Source of the DNA: Marsupella aquatica
Lineage: Eukaryota > Plantae > Marchantiophyta
Direction: 5' to 3'
DNA length: 64,000 nucleotides
Assembly (NCBI GenBank): GCA_973895155.1
Contig: OZ316898.1
Location: forward strand, 20,223,292 to 20,287,291
In this document: piece after piece, positions 12,001 through 23,100 of the stretch
Position numbering within the stretch: position 1 is the first letter of the stretch
Layout: each line of letters opens with the position of its first letter
Notes under the pieces: model-generated
Database searches by the model: none
What the model was told of the DNA's origin: nothing
What the model saw: the letters and a program-made list of their open reading frames with translations, nothing else
Program-made: the position numbers and the translations under genes

Positions 12001-15000
12001 AGATACGTCCTCAAAGCGTCTCTTGCCTGTGTCGACGACCCCAATCATCAGTACTTGCTCGTATTAAGGCGGCTCTATGTTTAAAATTATGCTCTGGTTC
12101 TCGAGTTGGATTGCGCACTTTACAGCGATACTCAAGCCAGTCTTTAATGAACCCTAGCTCCACGCTTGATCTGTTGAGATGCATTCAGCCCCCGATTCAG
12201 CCTCTTGACTATGACTGTCTCGGTCATGACTCCCATTTCGTCTGCTTTATTGACTCTGGAAATGATTTTGTTAAGATGCTTCAGGTTTAACTAATATCTT
12301 ATCTATATGGTCAAGGTAGGCAGTCAGACCGAGTGTCACAAGCGAGTGAAGCTGAACACTTGGTCTGAATGGGCATCCGGGTTTTAGTTTTGGACACGCG
12401 CGCGCACCTGACGTCCTTTGCGGTGAGCAGTTCCTGGAAGGTTTATTGGAATAGCGCCAATGCTCTCGATCATGTCCAGCATGTGTTTCACCGCCAACCT
12501 TCCTTCTGCGGTGCTGCGGATGCTCTTAATTCCGAGTGCAAGGTACGAGCTCGTGTCTGCAACAAGCTGTGCACATACAACACAAGTTACGTTCAGGACA
12601 GGTGAAGATGATGACTTGAGATGGAACATGTATAAGGCACATGTCAAGTGTTTATGAGCAATCTAGCTAGTGAAACAGCCCACCTCTTCAGTCGCGTCAC
12701 TCCCAGCAACGGTCCCTTTCTCGGCCCAAGAAGCTAAGTTTTCAAGAATCATGCTCTCGAGTGCTGGGAGCATAGTCGCGAGAGATTCTGGAAACGTGAA
12801 TCGTTTGAAGAGCTTCTTGATAGCGACATGGCGTGGGCCGTCCCCGAAAAAAATCGCATTGGGTGAAATGAATTCCACATTTTTTGGATACTGCACTTCG
12901 AAGAGATCGGGGTTTACACAAACAAACTTCACAAACTCGGCAGTCGTGCCAAGTATGCTCTTCCGCAGAAATACCGAAGACTTGAATATGCTGCCATACC
13001 TACATCAGGGACAAAAAAGTTCACAGTCTTGTCAACAGAAGAACACGGTTCGATCAAGGACGACGGACTGTTAAATTCTTATCACATTCTAGGAAGCAAC
13101 CTCTTTTTCACTCAGAATTTCAATACAACGGCAAAATCTGCGTGCGCTCGCATCCAAGATGTTTTCGCTAACCATATTTACTTATAGATTGATTACTCTC
13201 GCAATATGTCCCGACTGCCAAAGTGTACTTAGATATTCCTACTTACCTGTATGTATCGGTTTCGGGTACTGGAAGGTCAGGAGGATTAGCATATATAATG
13301 TTCGTATATTTAATGTTAGTATATATTGGAATGAAAAAAAGCTCTAAGTGCCACTAGTTGCATGTGAACACACTTTTGGGGGGAGTAGGATGAAAAAAAG
13401 CTCTAATTGTCACTAGGTATATGTGAACCCCACTTTTGGGGGAGTATGTGTGTTAAAGCTCGATCAAGTGCAATGAAAAAAATTAGTTGTTGTCAGAGTC
13501 CTTTTAACCCCACTTCTTCTTCTTCTTCTTTTTGGGGGGGAGGGTGTGGTTAAAGCAGTGGGCAAACAATGTTTGAACCTAGCACCTTTGAACCTGGCAC
13601 CTCTATTGCTCGGTAAACATTGACCGGAAACTGTTACAGCCAGTTATTGCTACAACCAGCCAGTTTGTTACAACAGGTTCCCTCTGTTGGAATGAAAAAA
13701 CTCTCTAAGTGACACTAGTTGCAATCCATGTGAACCCCCCTTTTGGGGGAATAGGATGAAAAAAAGCTCTAAGTGCCACTAAGCTACATGTGAACCCCAC
13801 TTTTGAGTGAATATGTGTGTTAAAGCTAGTGTGCAACTAAAAAAATACCTAGTGTCACTAGAGCTGTTTGAACCTCACTTTTTTGGGGGGAGTGTGTGGT
13901 AAAAGCACTAGTGGGCAAGGGGGGGAAGGGGGGGGGGGGTTTAAACACCAGTGGGCAAACAAGGTTTGAACCTAGCACCTCTGCCTCCCCACTTCATGAG
14001 GCTCTACCACAGGGGATGTGTGGTAAAAGCACTAGACGTGGGCAAGTGGGGGTGTGTGTTAAACACTACTGGGCAAACAAGGTTTGAAACCTAGCACCTG
14101 TGCCACCCCATTTTCATGTGCTACCACCAGCCCTCACTCTCGTGCACTACCCCAGCCCACAGCCTGCTGGGTGACACCTATGACGGTTTCCTTGTATTTA
14201 CATGATTGTACAGCGCACACTCTCACGCGCTACCACCAGCCCACAGCCTGCTGGGTGACAGTTGTGATGGCTTTCTTGTATTTACATGTAATCTGCAGGC
14301 AGCAAACCTACAGCTACCGGTTTTCTTGTATTTACATGTATGTATTTACATGTATGTATGTACATGTATGTATGTATTTCTAAACCCTAAGGCAGCAAAC
14401 CTGCAGCTACAGTCCGGCAAGACAGGACAACATTGAATGCAATTCCTGTGACTTATAGAAGGAAATGAGACTTATAGAAGGAAATGAGAATGAGACTTAT
14501 AGATGGAAATGAGGTATCATGGAGCAAAAACAGACTGAGATATTTACACACCAGAGGAGGACCTAGTCAGTAGGGTCTGAGAGCAATCCATTATGATGAG
14601 AATACTACACCCAATGCAATCATCTAGAATGAACGACCTCACGAAAACGCAGAAGGGAAACAAATCGCGGCGGCCGACCTTCGTGCCCAACAGCGAGTCA
14701 GGGATGACGAAGGCCGCGACGGCATGTCGAAATGGAAACTGTTCATTCCAGCTCTAGCCTCTTCTATAGGAGAAAGATGATTCGCCTTCAGTTCGTGTCC
14801 AGCGAACTGTTGTCGTCACAGTGCCTTCACAGCAAATTGAATAACCGGCTAGAATGATACGAAATGCAAAATGCATCGAAGCCCATGGCAGTATAGAAAT
14901 TCTACCGTCTTCCTACATGCTCTCAGCAACATCTTTGTATGCTAGAATAAATACGACACAGAATGACCAGGTCGGAGTCTGAACGTACGACACTAGGACC

Positions 15001-15325
15001 CGAAGCGATACAAGAGTTTGGATTGAAGAATGAAATTAGTCCACAAGGGTACTCCACGGTACGAGATGACCTTGCTTGGTGAGACATAGCATGTGATACT
15101 GGAGTTCTCCATATAATAGTACCTCTTCTCATGAGAAATCGCAAACGCCAGAGGATCCCGGGTAATAGCGATTGTTTCTCCAATGATAGGCCAACTGAAC
15201 GTGCCTTTCGGAAGCCGAGCACCCGAGTGTACACTTCTTTGCAAGTTCAAGCTATAATGCAGCACCAAGAATGTAAATAGCCCACACAGCACCACGCCCA
15301 GAAGTATTGACAACGTGACTGCCAT
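9022..15325 (-). CDS. Cytochrome P450, CYP85 clan, CYP707 (ABA 8'-hydroxylase)-related; 9 exons, 476 aa
   Basis: Exons (minus): 15123-15325, 12684-12999, 12408-12566, 11766-12026, 11298-11390, 10866-10944, 10347-10453, 9422-9540, 9022-9115. All introns are GT-AG and phase-compatible; total 1431 nt = 476 aa + TAA. Motifs: N-terminal TM (MAVTLSILLGVVLCGLF), LPKGTFSWPIIGET, KRYGSIFKS, AIFF, I-helix FGALKTTATTLAWTLKYL, LTWEDTRKM, K-helix EVQR, GFLIPKGW, FNPDRFD, heme loop PKPNTYLPFGLGGHRCPG. The 79- and 107-bp exons are typical of CYP85-clan genes. Confidence 0.92.
13328..14515. repeat. Cluster of short tandem and dispersed repeats in P450 intron 1
   Basis: Repeated gaaaaaaagctctaagtgccactag..tgtgaacccc..ttttggggg units, a duplicated ccagcccacagcctgctgggtgaca, a (CATGTATG)-like microsatellite, and gacttatagaaggaaatga x3. 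Confidence 0.8.
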
Positions 15326-15421
15326 CTGTCCAGCTGGATCTCTCGTTGGGGAAGTGGTCACTGTGTTCGTTCACACTTCCTCTTGGTCGATCTCACGACA
15401 GTCTTGCGTGCTCGCGCTCAC

Positions 15422-15440
15422 TTATATATATATATATATG
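15422..15440 (-). promoter_or_regulatory. Probable TATA box of the P450 gene
   Basis: (TA)n tract ending in TATAAG on the minus strand about 100 bp upstream of ATG 15325. Confidence 0.5.
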
Positions 15441-17470
15441 CTGGCTATGCTCAGAACTGCATTGATTTGACGATATCGGTGCCTTGTCACTACGTCCTTC
15501 ACAAAAGCATCATATGAGCAATCAGAAAGCAAAGGGGAAACCTTAAAATGGAATAAATTTAAGTTGACTTGAAACAGTCCCAACTAAATTGGGTTAAAAA
15601 TTCCCCAACTTTTCCGGAAGCAAGTGGAAGCTACAGTCCCATCGAAACGAACGAGATTCTCTTCAATTGTCCTATATCTTAATTTGCTGCACTGCAAGTG
15701 GAACTAGTTAGCTTACTAGCCTCGGTATGTGGAGCTCCAGAAAAATCTACAGGCGTGTCGTCCTTCCGCGACAAATGCTATTCGCATCTTCACCCTCCAA
15801 TAATTTTATCTGTCGCTCTTCAATTAATTAATCCCCATACGATTCATCCACGCATCGTTGTGATCTACTTGCAATTCCTTACTCCAAACTTTGGCCACAA
15901 ACGTCATCTTCCAGTTGGGTATATCCTTTCCAAACTTTTGAATCCTGAAACGTTGACCATCGAGATCGTTTTATAATTTCGAAAAAGATTCTACCCCAAA
16001 ATTTTAGTTTGTAATCTTTAAAGCATCGTATGTAGCAGCTAGATCGACCTGGAGTTCCGTTCTCACTTTGTCTCATAGTGATTATGGAGTAGTTTGTGTC
16101 CATTATCCCCATAACGGGCAAAGGCTCATAAGAAAGCCCAATCACGAGCAGATAAAGTTGGAGATGCAGCTGGGTGATTCCTGGTGAAAGGGGTTAGGGT
16201 GTTTGGAGCTTAATTTGATTCTTCCCCGGATTCTTCTTATTTATTGAATGGTTGGTAACTCAAAACTTGCTCGAAGCTTTTCATTAGCTGAGGCATTGTG
16301 AAAACCCTAAACCCTCACCACCCTTTTGAGTAGTTGATGACTCTCAGTTTACAAGTTCAGCCTGTGAAGAGTTGTGCTTGGAGTTTGGTTGGGTTACCCT
16401 CTGATTTGGTATTTCCCCCTAGGTTCTTATGTCCAATGTGAGTTCTTTGAGTCCTTGGCTTCACTATTTATTTTATATGGCTACCTTTTGCTCATCTTTT
16501 ATTGTGGATGCTCTACAGGTTGCTTTCAGCTCCTTTGCTCCCTAAGCTAACAGATACTCAGACAACATTTCAATTGGGATATTATTGAGATGCCTCCACC
16601 CTGGCTAGGGCATGATCTTAATATCTTGCTAGGATGTATGTCCCTACCAAGGACAATTGTCTACACCTAAGTATGTACTTTTGATGTTTGTGTTTGAGAG
16701 ACTTTTGCCTCCCTATTAGGTCTCGATTATTTGCTCTCATCTTTGTGACTTCACCAACGGCTCACACTTCCTATTTTTCAAGGTGGTTTTGGACTTACTT
16801 CCATTGAGAGCATAGCACCCTTGGCATTTTTGGGTTTGTGGGTGGCCTCGTTCTCATTGTTGGCCGATTGCTTCCTTGCCAAGGATCTGCCTTTTACTTT
16901 CATCTCTTAATATGAAGGTTGAGAAAAGCTCCCTCCCATTTCAGGTTTATTTGCAAGTTGCACGGTCCTCACTACCCGATCTTGTAAGCGTCGCGTTACC
17001 TTCTTTTCAGGAGTTTTTATCCTTGCCTAGACCCTCTCCGTCTTCAGGCTAACCTTGTTGAGCGTATGCACACTTTCACCCCCGTTTTCACCCTCTCTAG
17101 AGCATCAGCGCCAAGGCACCTAAAACAGATCGAGCTTTCTTTTGGAGAGAAACTAAGGTGTTGGAGGGTGGCTTTAAGCCAATCCGGCCATCCCTCATCT
17201 AGAGATGTCTTTAGAGGAGTTTTCCACCACCATTAGTCTTTGTCTAGGCTACCCCACCCTCGTCTTGTAGGTCTACCCACTTCATGCACACCCGCATGCA
17301 CATGTGGGAAGCCTTGTGATGCCATAGGGGTTCATCTTCGTTGATGCAGTTTGGGAGGCCCATAGTTGTTCATGATGTCATGAGAGATGCTACTGCTTAG
17401 GTTCTCTCTAGGTCTTTGGTATGTCATGTGTGGAGGGAGGTGATGCTTGTCTAAGCTACCTCGTCCTCCA

Positions 17471-17750
17471 CTGGGGGGTTCACCTTATCAAATTTTTGAA
17501 TGTACCTTGTGCGAACGCCCCTATTTAATCACTCTCTCTAATAGGAATAGGAAGCTCAAAAAACCCACCAATCATTTATTGAAGTACATGGGCAAGCAAT
17601 GAATCATGTGATGACAAGTGGCATTTTTTGAATTGTTACCCCATTACTTACTTCCTCACTCCTTCTAAGCACTTCCCTATTTAAAATGAGTAAAACTCCC
17701 CTTAGTTCGTTTGCACATGATGTCAACATTTGTGGAAGTGACCTTCCGAG
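17471..17750. mobile_element. MITE family E (TIR CTGGGGGG.TCAC), 8-bp TSD GTCCTCCA
   Basis: ctggggggttcac ... gtgaccttccgag; gtcctcca at 17463-17470 and 17751-17758. A second copy lies in STR intron 3. Confidence 0.8.
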
Positions 17751-17832
17751 GTCCTCCACCACAACGATTATAGGTTGAACTGACCATGGTCCGTGATGCT
17801 CAACGTACTTTGGCGGATGTTGTGGTAGCAAA

Positions 17833-18101
17833 TTTGGGGGTCTCACTATATGAGAACCACCCCATCACCTGCGACGTTTTTAGGCCTCGGACCCCCTAAA
17901 ATGTAAGAATTTTTATTTATTTTTTAACCCCTATAAAGTTGGATTAAAAAGACCCTAATGTTCTTATAAGTCTCAAAATTGAATTTAAAAGATCCTATTG
18001 TTCTTTTGCAAAAATTCTTAAGTCTTCTCTTGGAACCAATAAAACGACCCTATCCTTCATCGCATGTGATATGCCATTTTTGTGGAAGTGAAACCCCCGA
18101 G
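17833..18101. mobile_element. MITE family A, 8-bp TSD GTAGCAAA
   Basis: tttgggggtctcact ... agtgaaacccccgag; gtagcaaa at 17825-17832 and 18102-18109. Excising it restores the CRE-like reading frame. Confidence 0.88.
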
Positions 18102-19293
18102 GTAGCAAACCCTTTGTGTCAGGACCTCATTGAGATAGCGGTGGGAACAGTCGGGGCAACGGCATCTCGGGCAGCCACGACAAAGGAGGAAATATACGTC
18201 ACTCAAACTTCATCGAATACCTTCCTCCTAAGTGCTATTGAGATCTTTTGGTGTCTTCATTGTCAATTTGGTGGGCTTCTTTGATAAGCTGCTCGTGATA
18301 TTCATGGGCAGATGGGTCCCTCCGCACCCCCACTATCCATCATTCTTGACCACACAATTTTGTCTGTACATTTTAGTGGCCTTATAGAGTGCCCAAGGTC
18401 GAGCCAATTATTGGTGGCACCTCATAGTGGGTGCCACCGTGCCTCCGCAAATGCTAGCCCCCCTAGAGTACATTCCTATCCCACTTGCTTACTTGCTTGC
18501 TGATTTGGTTAGGATATTAGTCCAATCTCTGAACTTGAAGAAGTATTCCACCTATTTAGGACAATGTGAAAATCCATACCAAGGCAAAAACATCAGTTCA
18601 ACATTTGAACAAAGTTTTGTTACTATTAAAAGAGAAACAAAAGATAATACTACTATCATGAACTTTCATAAGAAATTTGACCATATTGTTTGAGCATAAA
18701 GCTAACAGCATGAATCCGGCCTAATGACTAAATGAATGTCTGAGCAATGGGGTTGATTTACCTCAGTACCCTCAAGCCAGTGGACTATGTACAGATGTCA
18801 TATTCATTCTTGGCAATCCTTTCTGAGCAGTGTGGTACTTGTTTTGGAGAAGCTCCAGTAAACACTTCCCAAAACCAGGCTACTTCTGTCACCTCTTATC
18901 TCAGATTCAGAAGAGATGATCAATAAATTAAACCTCTATTTTCACTGACCTAAGGGAAACCTCAAGGTTTCATTATCATCCAAAAGGCTCCTGATCTCAC
19001 TTGCAGCCAATATTGGTCCTCTCTTCACACATAGTGCTCTCGCCAAAGTGCTTTGATATCTTTTGCCCACTACGGTCTCTTCCCTAGTCATCAAATTCAA
19101 GATGATCTCTTTGACAGCTACTTAGCTTTGTGATCTTCACGTCCAGCATATTTGACAATGTTTAATACCTGGCTTCAGATTCATGTAAATGGTTGTTGTT
19201 CTCCATGACAAGTCTTGTTTAGGGCAACCTAAAGATGTGGGATGAAATTGCTTCATAGCCTTGTGGAACCAAAATCGCCTCATAATAGATACC

Positions 19294-19328
19294 TTTGAGG
19301 TTTGTGGTTTAGGGTTTAGGGTTTAGGG
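19294..19328 (+). repeat. Interstitial telomeric repeat: (TTTAGGG)3 preceded by 2 degenerate units
   Basis: tttgagg tttgtgg tttaggg tttaggg tttaggg. Confidence 0.85.
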
Positions 19329-19640
19329 TCCTCACTTATTTCCATTCTACCCATCACGCAAAAGTAAGTATAGGTTTTGTTTATTGCGTTGAGAATAATA
19401 CTTTTAAATTTTTGTAGAAGAACATTAGGGTTTTTAAAATCTAGTTTTGAGAATTATAAGAGAATGTAGGGTTTTAGAAATGATTTTTTTGGAATATTTT
19501 TAGAATATTCTAAAATGATAGGGGTACACAAATTGGAAGAAAAATATTTCAAAAGTTTTCTTTTTCTGAGTTTTTAGGGTGTTTTATTGCTAAAAACGTC
19601 GAGCATGTTATGAGACCCCCTTTAGAGTGAGGCCCCCGAC
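19322..19640. mobile_element. MITE family A-related copy; left end fused to telomeric repeats
   Basis: gggtcctcact ... agtgaggcccccgac; core similar to 5605-5911; no TSD visible. Confidence 0.65.
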
Positions 19641-19883
19641 TTTAAGCTCAGCAACAAGACAATCATCTGAGTCATTTTTATCTACATCTTTGTTGAGAAC
19701 TTGTCTTTGATGCACAGTCACCTAGCCACAACATTCAATCAAGCTTGTTAATCAATCACGCATGTTTTAGGCTCAACATGAATTTGACCTTGTGTGACAA
19801 CAGTCTCTTCATTAATCTCAGCAAGTACCTCCTAGCTTCTTGAAGATTGTAGCTTCATCTTGTGCTTGTTGAAGCAATTTCTA

Positions 19884-20199
19884 CTTGGAGGTTTCACTTC
19901 CACAAAAATGACACATCACGTGTGACGAAGTATAGGGTTGTTTTATTAGTTAAAATTTTAAATAACAACCCTATACTTCGTCACACGTGATGTGTCCAAT
20001 TTTGAGACAGATAAGAACTATAGAGGGTTTTCAATACCAAATGTCAGAATATTTCTAGAATATTCTATAAATTTAGGGGTTAAAAATACTAAAAAACTAT
20101 ATTATTTTCTTAAAATTTAGGGTGTTTATTCCTTTGAAAACATCGTACGTGATATGGAATTTCCCTGGAGAATTTCCCTTGTCCGAGTGAGGCCCCGAG
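19884..20199. mobile_element. MITE family A copy with an internal 33-bp foldback
   Basis: cttggaggtttcacttccacaaaaatg ... agtgaggccccgag; left part is the reverse complement of the right end of 3054-3321. Confidence 0.7.
19910..19996. repeat. Perfect 33-bp inverted repeat with 21-nt spacer
   Basis: gacacatcacgtgtgacgaagtatagggttgtt (19910-19942) and its exact reverse complement (19964-19996). Confidence 0.95.
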
Positions 20200-23100
20200 A
20201 ACCCAATAAACCCTATATTTACTTTTGCTTGATGGGTAGAAAGAATTGCATCATTATAGCGATCTGATTCAACTCTATTGATAGAGCAAAATCTTGCATT
20301 GAATCATTGTTTGCCAAGCACTGGTCATTGAAAACCTTAGACTAGCTAGTCTGACATTGGATATGTATTGGATAAACTTACCCAATATGAGATTCTTGCT
20401 ACGTCTATTTTGGTGACACTTTTGCAACAAGTACCAAGACAATTAATTCTATTGATGTTCCATCACAACTCTATTGACGTTCTAATGCATTCTATCCTTT
20501 AGTACTACATGCCAAAAAACATTTTGTGCACTGGCTATGGTAGAGAAAACACAATCATGTACTCTAGCTAGCACATGGTGTTTGACATGATTGTACTCTC
20601 GAACTGTACTCTAGCTAGTACATATTGTTTGCCATGTACTCTAGCACATACAATACCATACCTTGCACCTATTCACTCAATTCAAGAGTCTCATATAAAC
20701 CTGGACAATATAATGGTAGAGTATTGTTCTGGTGATGCTTTTGTACACGGAATATTGGAGGGATTTGGTGAGATCCTTTGTTAGAGTCATTGAAATGGCA
20801 TAGTGTTGGCAAATTCCCAATGCCCTGGGCAAATATCTGCAAGCTTTGAGTAAGTTTTTGGTTACCAAACATTCTAAAAATAGGAAAATCCCCAGGAAAG
20901 TCTAAATGCTTTGAGCAACTTTTAAGTCACCAAAGCTTTGAGCAAGTATTAAGTCACCAAACATTCTAAATACAGGAAATCCTAGGAAGCTCCAAACATC
21001 GTAACAACTTTCGTGATTTTTTTGGGGGTATTTTTGAGTGCATCAATTTTCCATACTACCACCCTTCTTTTGAGGTCTGAGTGGATTATGCCAAACACCC
21101 TAAACCCAAGAAAATATGAAAGAAAAATTAGCCTTACCACAGACAACAAAATAAAGATTGCATCCAGAATGGAAGAGACTATATCCCTCCAAGTACTTCC
21201 TATGTGTCTTTCTATAGCTATTCTCTCTCTAAACTCCAATTTTAACTTCTTTCATGCTTAAGACCAGTTAATTGCATGACACCAAATTGTTGCATGCCCC
21301 TAACCCGCCCATCAATCTGTTTAGGTCCTAGTTACTGGCATTGTGAGAACAAAGCCCCTAAAAACTTTGGCTACTCCCTCATTATTTGGGGCATTATATC
21401 TCACAATGCCCTCTAACCAGTACATCACCTCAAAAGCGTCTCCACGTTATCTGGTCATTGGGCTTTCTTTTGAGCCATTGCCCATTACTGGGATTGGGAC
21501 TGGGATATTGGACAAAAATATTTCAAAATCACTATGAGACAGAGTGAGAACGGAACTGCATGATGTCTAGCTGCTAGACAAGACTCGAGATAAGATGCTT
21601 TAAATGTTACAGACTAGAATGCCCATGCCGGTGCATTGCACTAAAAATGATGGGTGAAGGTGAGGAGAGATGTTGAGGTGACAAAATATGTCAAGGAGAG
21701 GAAATTAAGATGTTGAGGGGATTTCAAACGATGTTCATGTGAGATAAAGATGTCAAAGTGACCAAAAGATGGTGAGATGAGGAAAGATGTCATTGTGAAC
21801 AAAAGATGTCATTGTGAACAAAAGATGACTGTAGATGAGAGAAAAATATGTCAATATGAGGAAAATATGTCAAGGAAAGGCAAACCAATGTAGGTTTTGC
21901 AAGATAGTTGTTAAGGCATGTTATGTATCATCCCAGCCTATACAGTTACTGCAGTCGTGTTCAACGCCCATGTGTTGCACAGAAGATGTCATTGCATAGA
22001 AGATGTAGTTGCAGAAAATAAGTAGTTGCATAAAATATGTATTGCCTAAAAGATGTACATGTCAAAAAGATGGTGTGGCCCAATCAGGGAGGGAGAAAAA
22101 TCCATTGTTGGAGCAAAAATTTAAAGGGTCCACTTGCAAAAATATGATAATAAATGGTTTAGGAGGATTCCATTCAATTTCTAGCCATAGAATTTCACCA
22201 AAAAAAAGACAAAAAAAAACCAAAATTGGTCTTATAACAACTGTTCCCCACAAAAAACAAAAGAGGGATAATTATAGATGTATACTAAAGACAATTGCGG
22301 GGACAATTGTGCACGATTGACTCTTGGGGTTACGTATACAATCTAGATCCATGGACCATTGAGGGTTTGGAATAATACCAAGAATTGTGACTGATTAATT
22401 AGTTTTGAAAAAAATGAAAAGACATTAAAAAAGACAAACTTGGAGCAAGTAAAGTACAGAAAAAGAGTTAAAAGGAAACAACAATAAACAAATAGACACA
22501 AAAGACAAACTGGACCTTTAGAAGAGGAATTAAAGAAATAATTCCACCTGAAACAGTTATAAATCAGGAAAAACAAAGTACAATTCATGAAAGAAATTAA
22601 AGAAAGGGAGGTCCAAAGAGGACAAACACCAAACCAGGAAAAAGAAAAGCAAGTGCAGTCCTAAAAGAGAAAGAACATAAAGGGAAAAGTGTCAAATACT
22701 ATATGAGTGCAAACCTAAGGACTAGTGTCCACATTGGAAAATGTGACAAGAGCTAAATAAATGGGCCACTAGGAGAGTGAAGGGAAACGAGACATTGAAC
22801 CTTAAACCCTAATTAAGCGGCAACCAATGGGAAGATGGAAAAATAAAGTAAATGGGCCTTAAAAATTGATGTATAAAAATAATGGAGGTACACCCATGAA
22901 AGGTTGGGCAAGGGCTGGAGAGGGCATACATGGCAATCGCAACGCGTCTCTAAGGTACATTGTAAGGGACAAAATTGGCAAAAAGTCGGGATGAGAGCCA
23001 ACCAAGATGAATTGCCATGGGTGGGGCAGGCAACAGCCCAAGGATACTGTGGGAACACACAAGAGCTTTAGATGATTATGGGCATGCCAATGTGATTGTG

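Larger units (their letters stand above)
16380..18480 (+). mobile_element. Degenerate CRE-like non-LTR retrotransposon fragment (RT thumb, CCHC knuckle, restriction-like endonuclease), interrupted by two MITEs
   Basis: Relic translations: QRLTLPIFQGGFGLTSIESIAPLAFLGLW (about 16755-16840); GVGGWL*ANPAIPHLEMSLEEFSTTISL; CTCGKPCDAIGVHLR*C...HDVMRDA (about 17297-17392); RTLADVVVAN|PLCQDLIE reading across the MITE insertion; AATTKEEIY...NTFLLSAIEIF. Many stops and frameshifts. Confidence 0.75.
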
